Sequence record: PP047755
Strand: one strand, 5' to 3'
DNA: 64,000 nt
DNA from: Escherichia phage KEP1
The notes below the pieces were generated by a model. It ran no database searches. It saw only the letters and a list, made by a program, of their open reading frames with translations, and was not told where the DNA came from. Shown here piece by piece: positions 1 through 9,524 of the stretch. The translations under genes and the position numbers were made by a program. Numbering within the stretch: the stretch's first letter is position 1; each line of letters opens with the position of its first letter.

Positions 1-1032
1 CTGAAGGATGCTATTAAGCCACCAGCAATTACTCAGCAACCGACAAACCAAACAGTTAATGAGGGTGGCACGCTTACCCTAAGCGTTATCGCAACTAACG
101 CCACTGGATATCAGTGGAAGAAGGGTGGTGAGGACATCTCCAGTGCCACTTCTGCAACTTATACAAAACAATCTGTAGTGCCTTCTGACGCTGGTTCATA
201 CACTTGTGTTGTATCTGGAGAGGCAGGGACAAGTGTTACATCAGATGCGGCAACAGTTACTGTTAATGCGCTACCCGTGATTACACAGCAACCTTCTAGT
301 CAGACCATCAATGAGGGTGGAAATATCAACTTGGAGGTTACTGCAACTGGTGCAACAGGTTACCAATGGAAGAAAGATGGCTCTGACATCCCTTCAGCTA
401 CAGAAGCCACCTATAGCAAGTCTGGCGCACTGCCAGCAGATGCAGGCTCATACACTTGCGTTGTAACGGGTGCGGGTGGTTCTGTTACTTCTAGCCCTGC
501 GACTGTTGTAGTAAACGCTCTACCAGTGATTACCAAGCAGCCAACCAGCCAGGCAGTCAATGAAGGTAGTAGTTTGACGCTGAGTGTTGAGGCTACGGGT
601 GCAACAGGTTACCAATGGAAGAAAGACAATGTGAACATCCCTAGCGCAACTGGTGCAACTTACACGAAAGCTAAAGCAGCCCCTGCTGATGCTGGTTCAT
701 ATACCTGTGTAGTAACTGGTGCAGGTGGTTCAGTCACATCCAATGCAGCGACAGTTACTGTGAATGCTCTTCCTGTAATCACTCAACAGCCAACCAATCA
801 AGAAATCACTGAAGGTGAGACCTTAACGCTGAATATTGTGGCAACAGGTGCAACAGGCTATCAGTGGAAGAAGGGTGAGGAAAACATCCCAGACGCAACT
901 ACTGCAACTTACACCAAAGAAGGTGCAACCGCTGCTGATGCAGGAAGCTACACTTGTGTAGTAACTGGCGCAGGTGGTTCGGTAACATCTAATGCGGCAA
1001 CAGTTACAGTTAATCCAGCAGGAGGTGAATAA
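1..1032 (+). CDS. Ig-like domain repeat structural protein, 5'-truncated by the window edge (likely capsid decoration or fibre protein)
   Basis: Open frame runs from position 1 with no stop; four or more tandem ~88-aa repeats (PVITQQPT..ATGYQWKK..AGSYTCVVTGAGGSVTS..ATVTVNAL) resembling Ig I-set domains. Confidence 0.8.
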   Translation: MKDAIKPPAITQQPTNQTVNEGGTLTLSVIATNATGYQWKKGGEDISSATSATYTKQSVVPSDAGSYTCVVSGEAGTSVTSDAATVTVNALPVITQQPSSQTINEGGNINLEVTATGATGYQWKKDGSDIPSATEATYSKSGALPADAGSYTCVVTGAGGSVTSSPATVVVNALPVITKQPTSQAVNEGSSLTLSVEATGATGYQWKKDNVNIPSATGATYTKAKAAPADAGSYTCVVTGAGGSVTSNAATVTVNALPVITQQPTNQEITEGETLTLNIVATGATGYQWKKGEENIPDATTATYTKEGATAADAGSYTCVVTGAGGSVTSNAATVTVNPAGGE

Positions 1033-1496
1033 TGCAACTCTCAAGAAAAGGTTTAGAAGCCATTAAGTTCTTTGAAGGTCTTAAGTTAGAGGCTTACGAA
1101 GACTCTGCCGGAATCCCAACAATCGGGTATGGTACAATCCGTATTGACGGGAAACCTGTTAATATGGGTATGAAAATCACGGCTGAACAAGCTGAGCAGT
1201 ATCTTCTCGCAGATGTTGAAAAGTTTGTTGCAGCAGTGAACAAAGCTATCAAGGTTCCAACTTCTCAGAATGAGTTCGATGCACTTGTAAGTGAAACATA
1301 CAACATCGGTATCACAGCTATGCAGGACTCTACATTTATCAAGCGCCACAATGCTGGTAATAAGGTAGGTTGTGCAGAAGCTATGCAGTGGTGGAACAAG
1401 ATTACAGTCAAAGGTAAGAAGGTCACTTCAAACGGCTTGAAAAACAGACGTAGAATGGAAGCTGACATTTATCTTGACAGTGTATATCCAAAGTAA
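1032..1496 (+). CDS. endolysin, GH24 phage lysozyme
   Basis: Catalytic-region motifs FEGLKLEAYEDSAGIPTIGYG (Glu/Asp/Thr triad of T4/lambda-type lysozymes); no signal peptide; ATGA start overlaps upstream stop. Confidence 0.9.
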   Translation: MQLSRKGLEAIKFFEGLKLEAYEDSAGIPTIGYGTIRIDGKPVNMGMKITAEQAEQYLLADVEKFVAAVNKAIKVPTSQNEFDALVSETYNIGITAMQDSTFIKRHNAGNKVGCAEAMQWWNKITVKGKKVTSNGLKNRRRMEADIYLDSVYPK

Positions 1497-1505
1497 TATC
1501 TTCAT

Positions 1506-1530
1506 AGGCTCCTTCGGGAGCCTTTTTTAT
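1506..1530 (+). terminator. rho-independent terminator
   Basis: Hairpin AGGCTCC-TTCG-GGAGCCT followed by TTTTTTATTTT. Confidence 0.8.
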
Positions 1531-1547
1531 TTTCTAAGGGGAAAACT

Positions 1548-1946
1548 ATGAAGCTTTGGGCTAGTGACTTTGGGACTTTTAAATACACTCGTAATGGTTC
1601 GCTTGTACGCATCATTGGAAACAATGTAGTTTCAAGAGGCGACAAGGTGTATACACGGTTTACTGTAGAGCTTGTTGAACTGTCACCTATTGAGTCTGTG
1701 AACAATGGTATGTTCAAGTTTGAGACTTACAATGTCAATGAGCATGGACAATTCAATCCTCTTGGTGAAAGTGGACTTGATATTATTTCAGAGCACCCAT
1801 TGACAAAAGAGCAACTTGCAGGTTACTATAAAACTGTTCTGGAAAGGCAGTTAGCAACACATGAACAAGAAGCTAACTACCATTTACAGCATTGCGAAAC
1901 TTTAAGAGCAAAAATCGAACAAGCAGAGAGAGGTTTTTATGAATAA
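1548..1946 (+). CDS. hypothetical protein (132 aa)
   Basis: ORF follows terminator, GGGGAAAACTATG ribosome-binding site; no recognised motif. Confidence 0.6.
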   Translation: MKLWASDFGTFKYTRNGSLVRIIGNNVVSRGDKVYTRFTVELVELSPIESVNNGMFKFETYNVNEHGQFNPLGESGLDIISEHPLTKEQLAGYYKTVLERQLATHEQEANYHLQHCETLRAKIEQAERGFYE

Positions 1947-2334
1947 TAACAGTCATATCCACGTTAAAGTTGATGTCAGTCGTTACAGCGAAAATAAGGA
2001 ACTAGACCTGCGAGATGCTCTTCTATTTGAGAAGAATGGCAATCTTCATTTGCATTTTGAAGGTACAAATACGTACCTCCACAGATGCCGAGATGATGCA
2101 GACGGTTGTCCTGTTTTTGCTTGGTATAATTTAGAGTTTCCTCTTTATGCCATCCACTATCCAGATGGTGGAGAAGACTGGACTACCCAATCAATCTTTG
2201 ATGAGCTTAACGGTATTCCAGTTGAGCAAGAAGAGCAAGAACCTGTTGAACTCACCTTTACTTTCATCAAAGAAGAGAAAGTTGGTGATTTGTCTGTAAC
2301 TGAAGCAATTCAAGTTTCACAGGTTATTCGTTAA
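1939..2334 (+). CDS. hypothetical protein (131 aa)
   Basis: ORF with start overlapping upstream stop (translational coupling). Confidence 0.6.
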   Translation: MNNNSHIHVKVDVSRYSENKELDLRDALLFEKNGNLHLHFEGTNTYLHRCRDDADGCPVFAWYNLEFPLYAIHYPDGGEDWTTQSIFDELNGIPVEQEEQEPVELTFTFIKEEKVGDLSVTEAIQVSQVIR

Positions 2335-2627
2335 TGAGCAAAGTACAGGTTATCTTCCCTATTTGTGACTTCTCACTAGAGCGTGAACTTGACCTGTACG
2401 AAGAAATTACTGACGAAATTATCTGGTCTGTTGTAGAAGAGGCTATCAAGAAGCTGTATGGTGGCCTCTTAAACCCATCAAGTAAAAAGCTCAATACTAA
2501 ACAAGTAGCTGATACGTACACTTCATACGATGCCTACAACAAACCTTTTGAGAATACCTGCTTTAACCTTATGGTAGGTAATAACAAAGTCAACTATTTC
2601 TTCGTCAGAGAGTTTAACGATGAGTAA
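2334..2627 (+). CDS. hypothetical protein (97 aa)
   Basis: ATGA overlap with upstream gene. Confidence 0.6.
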   Translation: MSKVQVIFPICDFSLERELDLYEEITDEIIWSVVEEAIKKLYGGLLNPSSKKLNTKQVADTYTSYDAYNKPFENTCFNLMVGNNKVNYFFVREFNDE

Positions 2628-2964
2628 GCTCCATGTCACAGTGTACAAAAACTTCTCAGATATCAAAGAGTCTTTAACAAACAAGCTCGACATGCAACGG
2701 AAAAGACTCTTTTTGATGTATGACATTGACAACTACAACCATCCTAAAGAGTTTAACTACAAAGATGGTACAAAGGTTGTTGAATTTGAAGATTCTGTAA
2801 CAGTGTACGTCAAACATGACTTACCGGCAAAGTACATAGGGATGTTAGAGTACTATATATTCAAACATACAGGTATGCGTGGTGAGTCTGTCAAGATATC
2901 TTCTATAGAAGTTTTTGAGAAACCTAACACACAACTTAAAAAGTATTTAATGAGGAAACTATAA
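2620..2964 (+). CDS. hypothetical protein (114 aa)
   Basis: Overlapping start/stop in operon. Confidence 0.6.
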   Translation: MSKLHVTVYKNFSDIKESLTNKLDMQRKRLFLMYDIDNYNHPKEFNYKDGTKVVEFEDSVTVYVKHDLPAKYIGMLEYYIFKHTGMRGESVKISSIEVFEKPNTQLKKYLMRKL

Positions 2965-3545
2965 TGTCAGAAGAGCATGAACACATTCAACCAGAAGTTA
3001 CATTAGTCAAGCATTTCGGGAATGTAGAAGGCTGTGTAGCACTTTTTCAGACCAACATCAACTCTCCAGTCAAACTGTGCAAATTGACGATAAACACCAA
3101 CAACATCAGCGTATGTGTGAATGAAGAAGTCCAATACTTCAAATTCAATGATAAAGAGGTTGATGCTGCACTATTAAAATACAGAGCAAATCTTGAAAAA
3201 GATATTGACCATAAAGAGGTGGTGAGTCTCTTTGCAGACCTTCATAAGCTTCTTGACAAGGTTGAAAAAAGAACATACTACATGAATAATGGTTCTATCA
3301 TTACTACCATGATTTCACCATGTATCTCCGAGCCAATCTTCACAGATGACGGTGCTTATTACATTGTAGCTTCAGCGGTATCTGATTGGTGGTTAAAGAA
3401 CAACGCCCTGAAAACAGTGATTGATGCTATCAGAGAGCACATCCCTACATTCAGCCCGTGGAAAGGGAAAGGTGATGAGTTTATCGCACTATTGAGTGAA
3501 GAGAGTAACAAGCGCAGTGCATTACTGCCTAAAAAATACTCTTGA
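2964..3545 (+). CDS. hypothetical protein (193 aa)
   Basis: ATGTCAG start overlaps upstream stop; no recognised motif. Confidence 0.6.
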   Translation: MSEEHEHIQPEVTLVKHFGNVEGCVALFQTNINSPVKLCKLTINTNNISVCVNEEVQYFKFNDKEVDAALLKYRANLEKDIDHKEVVSLFADLHKLLDKVEKRTYYMNNGSIITTMISPCISEPIFTDDGAYYIVASAVSDWWLKNNALKTVIDAIREHIPTFSPWKGKGDEFIALLSEESNKRSALLPKKYS

Positions 3546-3628
3546 CCGAATATACAACATTAACTATGATGGGAGCTATCGAGAGGTAGTTCCCTTTTTA
3601 GTTTCTTGAGAAGATACGTGGTGAAAGA

Positions 3629-3847
3629 ATGAAAAAACTAACTACAGTTGAAGATTACTACAAACTGTCCCTCTTAGAGCAGTATCGTAGGAGTCAGAAC
3701 ATCAGAAAATGCTACGGTAAACACGCTGAAGGTGACTTTTACCATTGCTATGATGCAGATTTAAAAGGTGTAACACCTAGAGGTAAAGTACTACAAAGAC
3801 TTGTTGACCTTGAGTGGAACAAAAGATTGAGAGGGATTGAAAAATGA
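3629..3847 (+). CDS. hypothetical protein (72 aa)
   Basis: ORF in operon context. Confidence 0.5.
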   Translation: MKKLTTVEDYYKLSLLEQYRRSQNIRKCYGKHAEGDFYHCYDADLKGVTPRGKVLQRLVDLEWNKRLRGIEK

Positions 3848-4347
3848 TTTACGAAGAAAGATACAAAATAGACTACCAGAAGACTGGTCATCATACTTCC
3901 CTGAGAGTAACCAAACCAAATGGGGATACTGGTATCATAGCACATTTCGGTGGTGATTATTGGTACGGTACAGGTTGCTTTGAAGGCTACAGTCAAGAAT
4001 ACTTGAAAGCTTTCTACAGAGACTTTACAAATGACTACAACAGGGTTGTTGAAGAGAAGAATAAGTGCATTAAGCATGAATACCATGCCAGAGGTTGTCT
4101 GAATATTGTTATGATACTGGTTTTCTTCTTAGTAACATTACTAGCCGTCTCAGCAATCAGCTACATAGCTCAAGACTTGACCATTACACAGATTACTGCA
4201 AAGGTATATGATGTTTGGTACTTGTATGTTGTCCCTTTAGTTGGTATCATCATCTCACTAATAAGATTCGGAGTTCATAAGAAACGACTTAAGGATTCTG
4301 AGGTTAAACTTGAAGAGGTAAGTAAAGAATGCAACCTACAATTATAG
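3844..4347 (+). CDS. hypothetical membrane protein (167 aa, two C-terminal hydrophobic helices)
   Basis: Hydrophobic segments IVMILVFFLVTLLAVSAISYIA and VVPLVGIIISLI; ATGA overlap with upstream gene. Confidence 0.6.
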   Translation: MIYEERYKIDYQKTGHHTSLRVTKPNGDTGIIAHFGGDYWYGTGCFEGYSQEYLKAFYRDFTNDYNRVVEEKNKCIKHEYHARGCLNIVMILVFFLVTLLAVSAISYIAQDLTITQITAKVYDVWYLYVVPLVGIIISLIRFGVHKKRLKDSEVKLEEVSKECNLQL

Positions 4348-4423
4348 CTGTATGTGTTCGTTTTGCAATCGCTGAAATGATTAACAAGGCAATCTTGAAA
4401 GATGCCTATGGAGAGACTAAGTA

Positions 4424-4648
4424 ATGATTAAGACACCTGTACCAATTTTTGGATTTCCTTCTATAGAAGAGTTCAAAGTTTATCTTGACAAAAACTTCTA
4501 CAATGAGCAGCCTGTTACTTTGCTGAAGAGTGACTTATCAGAGCTTCTTGATATGGTTATCAAGGCAACTTCTGAAAAGGAACCTGAGCAGAAAGCTGAG
4601 AAGAAGACTAGTAAGAAATCCGATAAGAAGGCTGAAAAGTCTGAGTAG
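4424..4648 (+). CDS. hypothetical protein (74 aa, Lys/Glu-rich C-terminus)
   Basis: ORF followed by hairpin AGGGGTTA..TAACCCCT at 4654-4680. Confidence 0.5.
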   Translation: MIKTPVPIFGFPSIEEFKVYLDKNFYNEQPVTLLKSDLSELLDMVIKATSEKEPEQKAEKKTSKKSDKKAEKSE

Positions 4649-4702
4649 TAACTTGAGGGGTTACTTGATAACCCCTTTATAGAAACTTAGAAGGTAGCGA
4701 AT

Positions 4703-5131
4703 ATGCAAATCATTGCTGGTCAAGAACTTGACATCGTAGATGCAAAAACACAGAAGTATATCGCAACAGTGAAGGCTATAGGAGTCAGGGATTGGAATAC
4801 TGAATACCCCATTCAATGCCTTGTGCTGGAAAAGTTTAAAGCTAATGGTGTACACTTTTATCATGGTGACTACATCAGCTTTAACAAAGACGGTTATTGG
4901 CAAGGTAAGAACCATCCTCAAGCAAATGAGTTTGATATGCGTCTAGTGATACCACAAAAAGGTAAATCACAAAATGTAAAAGATATCCTTGTAGAAGCCT
5001 ATGAAGAAGGTATAATAGATGTTGTGCATGATGTTGAAGAAGCTTTAAAACTTATTATGCCACATTTAGAATCTGGAAAGCTGACTTTAGATATGCTTAA
5101 TAGGGTTATTCGGAGAGCTTATGAAAGTTAA
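4703..5131 (+). CDS. hypothetical protein (142 aa)
   Basis: ORF with GAAGGTAGCGAATATG ribosome-binding site. Confidence 0.6.
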   Translation: MQIIAGQELDIVDAKTQKYIATVKAIGVRDWNTEYPIQCLVLEKFKANGVHFYHGDYISFNKDGYWQGKNHPQANEFDMRLVIPQKGKSQNVKDILVEAYEEGIIDVVHDVEEALKLIMPHLESGKLTLDMLNRVIRRAYES

Positions 5132-5585
5132 AGTAGTAGTTCAAAAAGCAATGCTTAACAATTCAACTAAAGATAAAATGTACAAAGAGATTTGTGATAA
5201 GCTGAGTTGTTCAAGACATGCTGCTAAGGCTCTTGTGCATTGCTTTATCTTGGAATGCTCAGAAGCTTATATGAAACATATAGCTTTTGAAAGTTCTAAC
5301 TTACTAGGTGATGTAGAAGTTGGTGAGAAGCTAAAAGAACCTGAGATGAAAACAGTCCCCAAAGTTGGTAATGTATACCACCTTAAAGACTTCAAGACTG
5401 GGAAGATTGTTGCAAAAGGTGTAGTAGAATCTGTTTATCATGATGGTAAATACTTATTTAAAATATTTGAGTATGATAGCCACTACACACACTTATGTGG
5501 GATTACATTCTTAGTAACAGAAGAAGACCTCATTAAGGACAACGGCAACAAGTTTGCAGTTCCAGCTTACCAAGTTTTACGATAA
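5121..5585 (+). CDS. hypothetical protein (154 aa)
   Basis: Overlaps upstream gene end. Confidence 0.6.
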   Translation: MKVKVVVQKAMLNNSTKDKMYKEICDKLSCSRHAAKALVHCFILECSEAYMKHIAFESSNLLGDVEVGEKLKEPEMKTVPKVGNVYHLKDFKTGKIVAKGVVESVYHDGKYLFKIFEYDSHYTHLCGITFLVTEEDLIKDNGNKFAVPAYQVLR

Positions 5586-6147
5586 TGGTGTGATAGATAT
5601 GGAAAAAGATAACTTAAAAGAAGTTGAAGGTAACTACCTAGTCCTTGACTGGAATGATATTCGTGGAGCACTTTACGAAGAAAGCCTTAATAGGTTAGAA
5701 CAAATTATCTTTGCAGTACGGGGTTACAGAGAGGTTCAAAATGGTAAAGAGCCACTTGAAGGAATCTTTGTAGAGAAGTCGTATCCGTTCTATGAAGACA
5801 CTTTGCAGAAAGTTAAGATGCACTTTAAACAGAAGAATCGTAAAGTGGTCACTATGGTATCTCTTGGTGGACAGAGTATGTCTGTGATGGAAGATATCAA
5901 CCCTAAGAGACCGAGTAAAGGTGTTTGTATAAAAATCACAGGTCATGAAGAGTATATCTCGGTGGATGACTTTAGCTTATTCTGTAATGGTTCTTGTGTC
6001 TTTAATGGTTTTCACTATGATATCCGAGTGTACCCAATCAAGGGAGATGATATCATGATGCAGGTATTCGATAATAACAACGGATTTACTCATTTTTATC
6101 AGACAACCAAGTCATCATTGAAAACAGTTCTGGAAACACTGATTTAA
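5554..6147 (+). CDS. hypothetical protein (197 aa; true start may be the internal ATG at 5599)
   Basis: ORF; 32-nt overlap with upstream gene suggests a later start. Confidence 0.6.
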   Translation: MQFQLTKFYDNGVIDMEKDNLKEVEGNYLVLDWNDIRGALYEESLNRLEQIIFAVRGYREVQNGKEPLEGIFVEKSYPFYEDTLQKVKMHFKQKNRKVVTMVSLGGQSMSVMEDINPKRPSKGVCIKITGHEEYISVDDFSLFCNGSCVFNGFHYDIRVYPIKGDDIMMQVFDNNNGFTHFYQTTKSSLKTVLETLI

Positions 6148-6158
6148 AATATCTTAAG

Positions 6159-6186
6159 AGCCTCCTTAATCGGGGGCTTTTTAATT
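6159..6186 (+). terminator. rho-independent terminator ending the plus-strand operon
   Basis: GAGCCTCC-TTAATC-GGGGGCTT hairpin followed by TTTTTAATTTTTAT. Confidence 0.7.
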
Positions 6187-6189
6187 TTT

Positions 6190-7730
6190 ATAAAATTTTA
6201 TCGGTTGTCCCAACCTCTGGGTCACCATCATATGTGAATAAAATATCTACCCTTCTTAACATCCTTCTTAATCTTACTCTCTATATATAGTTATATAGTA
6301 CTATATAGTATCTTAGTAACTATCTAGTGGTCTTAATAGCCCCTCTGTATAGCCCTTCTAAACACTCTTCTAACAAGCCTTCTTAACAACCTATACAATC
6401 ACCTTAACCATACCTTTACACCCTCTTAGAAGCTCCTATACACCTCTTAATCTCTAGGTTAGCTATGTTACCCTCTATAGGTGTTCACTAGGAAATACTA
6501 AGCCTCTATATAGACTGTTTTAACAAACTTAACAGGAATATCTTTACAGACCTTATCTCACAAGGTCTAACACGGTACTAACAAGGTATCTTATAAGCCT
6601 GTTTATGCCTGTATTTTTAAAAGACTGTCTAGGTAATTATTCAGAATTTTAAAATTTTTATAAAATAGGACTATCAAGTCATTTTTTAGGGTCTTTGAAG
6701 GAACTGAAAAATATCTGTCTAGGATGTATATCTGCTTGGTAGCCCTTAACAGCTCCCTTACCATCCCTTTGCAAAATTTTAAAATATCCTTAACAATCTC
6801 TTAACAGCTACTACATCCTCTTAACATCTCTTCAGAGGTCTTAACAGATTCTTAACAGAACTAACAAGGGTGTAACAGTTTCTTAACAGTTGATACATAG
6901 GCTTTACAGAGTCTTAACAGATGACTAACAAGAGCTAAGTAGTTAAATGTTAAGAGTTATTTTGTTAAGATAATTAACAAGTTCCTAACAAGTGTTTAAT
7001 CTTTTTAACAAGCTATTAACATGGTCACTATCTCTTTTCTTATCGTTCCCTCTCTTTCTTAGTGATTCTCTTAACATGCCTCTTAAAAGCTCTCTATAGC
7101 CCCTTATAAGCTCTTTTAAGCCTCTTCCTAGTAGTTACACCCCAACTATACAAACACCTCTTTATAGAGCTTTACAGGAGCTTTTAAGACTATGTCAAAG
7201 ACTCTTACAAGGCTTTTACGTGGTCTTAACAGAGATTTAACAAGGGGCTAACAAGCATAACTATGTAGGGATTGTTAAGAAATTGTTAAGAAAATGTTAA
7301 GGGGGCTAGCATTTACGTAACTTTATAGCCTCTTTTACGTAACTTCAAAGTAACTTAACAGCCCCTATAACATACTTTTTAGAGACTATCAAGGGCTATT
7401 GAGTTATTCACAAGATAGCTAACGAGATGATAAAGCTTACACCCTTATAAGATTCTTTTGAGGCTATAGGAAGCTTTATAAAGGGCTTTTTAGAGTGGGT
7501 TAATGCAATCCCTTAAGTTAGGTTGATAAGGCTGTTATAGAGCTTTATAGAGCGTTTAAATGTGCCATCCCCTTTCTGGGGTTATTGGCTTTTATTTAAG
7601 TTGATTTGATAAGGGGCTATAGAGTAAGCTATAGAGTTATTGCTTTTAAGGTACGAGATAGATTCTGTCGAATTAGTGGGATAGATTCTGGAAAGGGAAG
7701 GAAAGGGATTGTATAGAGATTTGATAAGAC
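6190..7730. repeat. 1.5 kb non-coding region dense in short dispersed repeats (CTTAACA / TGTTAAG, CTATAGAG, ATATAGT)
   Basis: No ORF of 60 aa or more on either strand; about 18 CTTAACA-like copies including 7 within 6790-6900 and an inverted cluster GTTAAGAAATTGTTAAGAAAATGTTAAGG at 7270-7300. Confidence 0.75.
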
Positions 7731-7732
7731 GT

Positions 7733-7758
7733 AAAAAAGCCCCTATGAGAAAGGGGCT
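7733..7758 (-). terminator. rho-independent terminator ending the minus-strand cassette array
   Basis: On minus strand AGCCCC-TTTCTCATA-GGGGCT followed by TTTTTT; a second hairpin GGGGCTAAATAGCCCC at 7771-7786. Confidence 0.7.
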
Positions 7759-7796
7759 GTAAAGGTATCTGGGGCTATTTAGCCCCGCTGCGTCGA

Positions 7797-8045
7797 TTAG
7801 TTGTACCCTTGTTTGCTGTAGTACAGGGAGACAATCAAATCACCCCAATAATGGTAATGATGTTCATCGTTTAACGCCTCTTTTACTGCATCTTTCCAGA
7901 AGTCATCAGTAGGGTTATAATCTGGGATAACTTGCTTGATAACTGTCTTCACTAATGAAAAGCATTCATCAGTTCCACCAATATCAAATTTAACGTCCAG
8001 AGTGTAGCAGCCATAAGCATTAACAGTAGCGCGGATAGTAGCCAT
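7797..8045 (-). CDS. hypothetical protein (82 aa), cassette gene
   Basis: ORF preceded by conserved GGAGATTCAAAA-ATG 5'UTR element. Confidence 0.65.
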   Translation of the reverse strand: MATIRATVNAYGCYTLDVKFDIGGTDECFSLVKTVIKQVIPDYNPTDDFWKDAVKEALNDEHHYHYWGDLIVSLYYSKQGYN

Positions 8046-8110
8046 TTTTGAATCTCCTAGTTTAAGGTATTTATCTAGTGGGAGGTTATTACCTCCCGTT
8101 GATTAGTAAT
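8046..8110 (-). promoter_or_regulatory. cassette element A1: hairpin GGGAGGT-AATA-ACCTCCC plus conserved 5'UTR and ribosome-binding site
   Basis: Minus strand reads ATCAACGG-hairpin-CACTAGATAAATACCTTAAACTAGGAGATTCAAAA-ATG; one of 13 related copies. Confidence 0.7.
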
Positions 8111-8136
8111 TTACTGCATGTTGGCGTAGGTTGCAA
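8108..8136 (-). promoter_or_regulatory. sigma70-like promoter TTGCAA-17-TAAATT for the 7797-8045 cassette gene
   Basis: -35 at 8131-8136, -10 at 8108-8113, 17-bp spacer; the -10 contains the stop codon of the upstream gene. Confidence 0.55.
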
Positions 8137-8374
8137 GTCTTTTTTCGTTGTATTTTGTCAGAATCTCACAAGATAATACATCGTACTTTGTAATAGCGTT
8201 GCCTTTGTCGAGGTCAAAGAATCCGAATGCTTTACCGTCTTTGAATCCGACAACTTCGTAAGATTCTTTAATGATTTCACCATTGAACAAATCACTTTCG
8301 ATACGGTGGAATAGCGCTACATCCTCTTTGTCGGTTGCAATTTGTAAAAGTGTGGTCAGTTCGACGTGTTCCAT
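8111..8374 (-). CDS. hypothetical protein (87 aa), cassette gene
   Basis: ORF preceded by conserved 5'UTR element. Confidence 0.65.
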   Translation of the reverse strand: MEHVELTTLLQIATDKEDVALFHRIESDLFNGEIIKESYEVVGFKDGKAFGFFDLDKGNAITKYDVLSCEILTKYNEKRLATYANMQ

Positions 8375-8435
8375 TTTGAATCTCCAGTTTAGGATTTTAT
8401 TTAGTGGGGGAGGTCATCCCCCGTTGATTGACAAT
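8375..8435 (-). promoter_or_regulatory. cassette element A2: hairpin GGGGGA..TCCCCC plus conserved 5'UTR and ribosome-binding site
   Basis: TTGAATCTCCAGTTTAGGATTTTATTTAGTGGGGGAGGTCATCCCCCGTTGATTG on plus strand. Confidence 0.7.
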
Positions 8436-8461
8436 TTACAGACTTTTGATTGTCTCGTCAA
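8433..8461 (-). promoter_or_regulatory. sigma70-like promoter TTGACG-17-TAAATT for the 8111-8374 cassette gene
   Basis: -35 at 8456-8461, -10 at 8433-8438; the -10 overlaps the stop codon of the upstream gene. Confidence 0.55.
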
Positions 8462-8966
8462 TATCTTTTTCAATTTCTCTTAAAGTTTTTTCTAAGTTCT
8501 TGATATTCAGCATTAACCCCTCTCCCAGTGTCTTAGCGTAACCATTTGGGCGATGGTCATAAAGCTCGATTTCTTCCACTTCGTAAAGGCTGACATTGAA
8601 GCCCCCTACCCCGTAGGCTGTGGATGAAGTGCCTTCCGGTGCTTTGTAGTATTTATTGAGATTCTTTAAAGAGCGCTCGTAAGCCATACGATAACCGTTT
8701 AACACTGTTTTGGTGCAATCACGTACACTTTCACACTGTGCCGCATACTTTTCTAAGAACAGCGGGAGGAGTTCCGCTACCGCTTGCATGAAGTGACGAA
8801 CAACGAAAGTAGACATATTACGGCGGTGAATGTAGAAAACACCCGTATCAGATTTAGTGATAGTTGCGAAATGTTCACCATTGCAACGGAATTCATAGGT
8901 ATCTTTTACAGGCTTGGACATTACACGATTTGAACGAATGTAATTGATTGCTTGAAACTTGTTCAT
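8436..8966 (-). CDS. hypothetical protein (176 aa), cassette gene
   Basis: ORF preceded by conserved 5'UTR element. Confidence 0.65.
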   Translation of the reverse strand: MNKFQAINYIRSNRVMSKPVKDTYEFRCNGEHFATITKSDTGVFYIHRRNMSTFVVRHFMQAVAELLPLFLEKYAAQCESVRDCTKTVLNGYRMAYERSLKNLNKYYKAPEGTSSTAYGVGGFNVSLYEVEEIELYDHRPNGYAKTLGEGLMLNIKNLEKTLREIEKDIDETIKSL

Positions 8967-9035
8967 TTTGAATCTCCAGTTTAGGATTTTATTTAGTGGG
9001 GGAGGTCATCCCCCGTTGATTAGTAATTTACTTGT
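8967..9035 (-). promoter_or_regulatory. cassette element A3
   Basis: Near-identical to A2; upstream TTGCAA-17-TAAATT promoter-like motif. Confidence 0.7.
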
Positions 9036-9182
9036 TTTAATTTGTCTTTGCAAGCAATTTTTTAAGTTTATCTATAAAGAATCTTTTAAGTGAATCCCTT
9101 TTAGATAAACCCCCTCGAACAAATGTACTATTGTCAAGGGGTATCGTCAAGTAATTTTTTAAAGTTTTTTATAAGTTATTGA

Positions 9183-9524
9183 TTAACTGATGAATATTTT
9201 TTCAGGTTTTACATAACTGATACGCTGGCTTTTTAGCAAGTCATCCCAGATTAGCGCGGCAATGTGAGAATAGCCGGATTCACGTAAAAGCTTCATTGTT
9301 TTACTTCTCGTTTCAAAACGGCTTGCGTAGTATTCACTGTTCAAGGTCGTTTTGTTCCCTTCGTTATCTGTATGGATGATTTGCATCACTTGAAAGGGGC
9401 TTACATCCTCGCCTTTGTTCCACTGCTCAAAGTATTTTAGGCACTGCATAGGTGACATCTTATCACTAACCTGAGTTGACCAAGATGAATTCTCTTTATC
9501 GGTAATTACAGTTACATAAGCCAT
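9183..9524 (-). CDS. hypothetical protein (113 aa), cassette gene
   Basis: ORF preceded by conserved 5'UTR element. Confidence 0.65.
   Translation of the reverse strand: MAYVTVITDKENSSWSTQVSDKMSPMQCLKYFEQWNKGEDVSPFQVMQIIHTDNEGNKTTLNSEYYASRFETRSKTMKLLRESGYSHIAALIWDDLLKSQRISYVKPEKIFIS

Noticed and set aside
6190-7730. tRNA gene cluster in the long non-coding region
   Set aside because: No GTTCGA/GTTCAA T-loop-like motif or cloverleaf-compatible GC-rich stems were found by eye; the region is AT-rich repeat DNA
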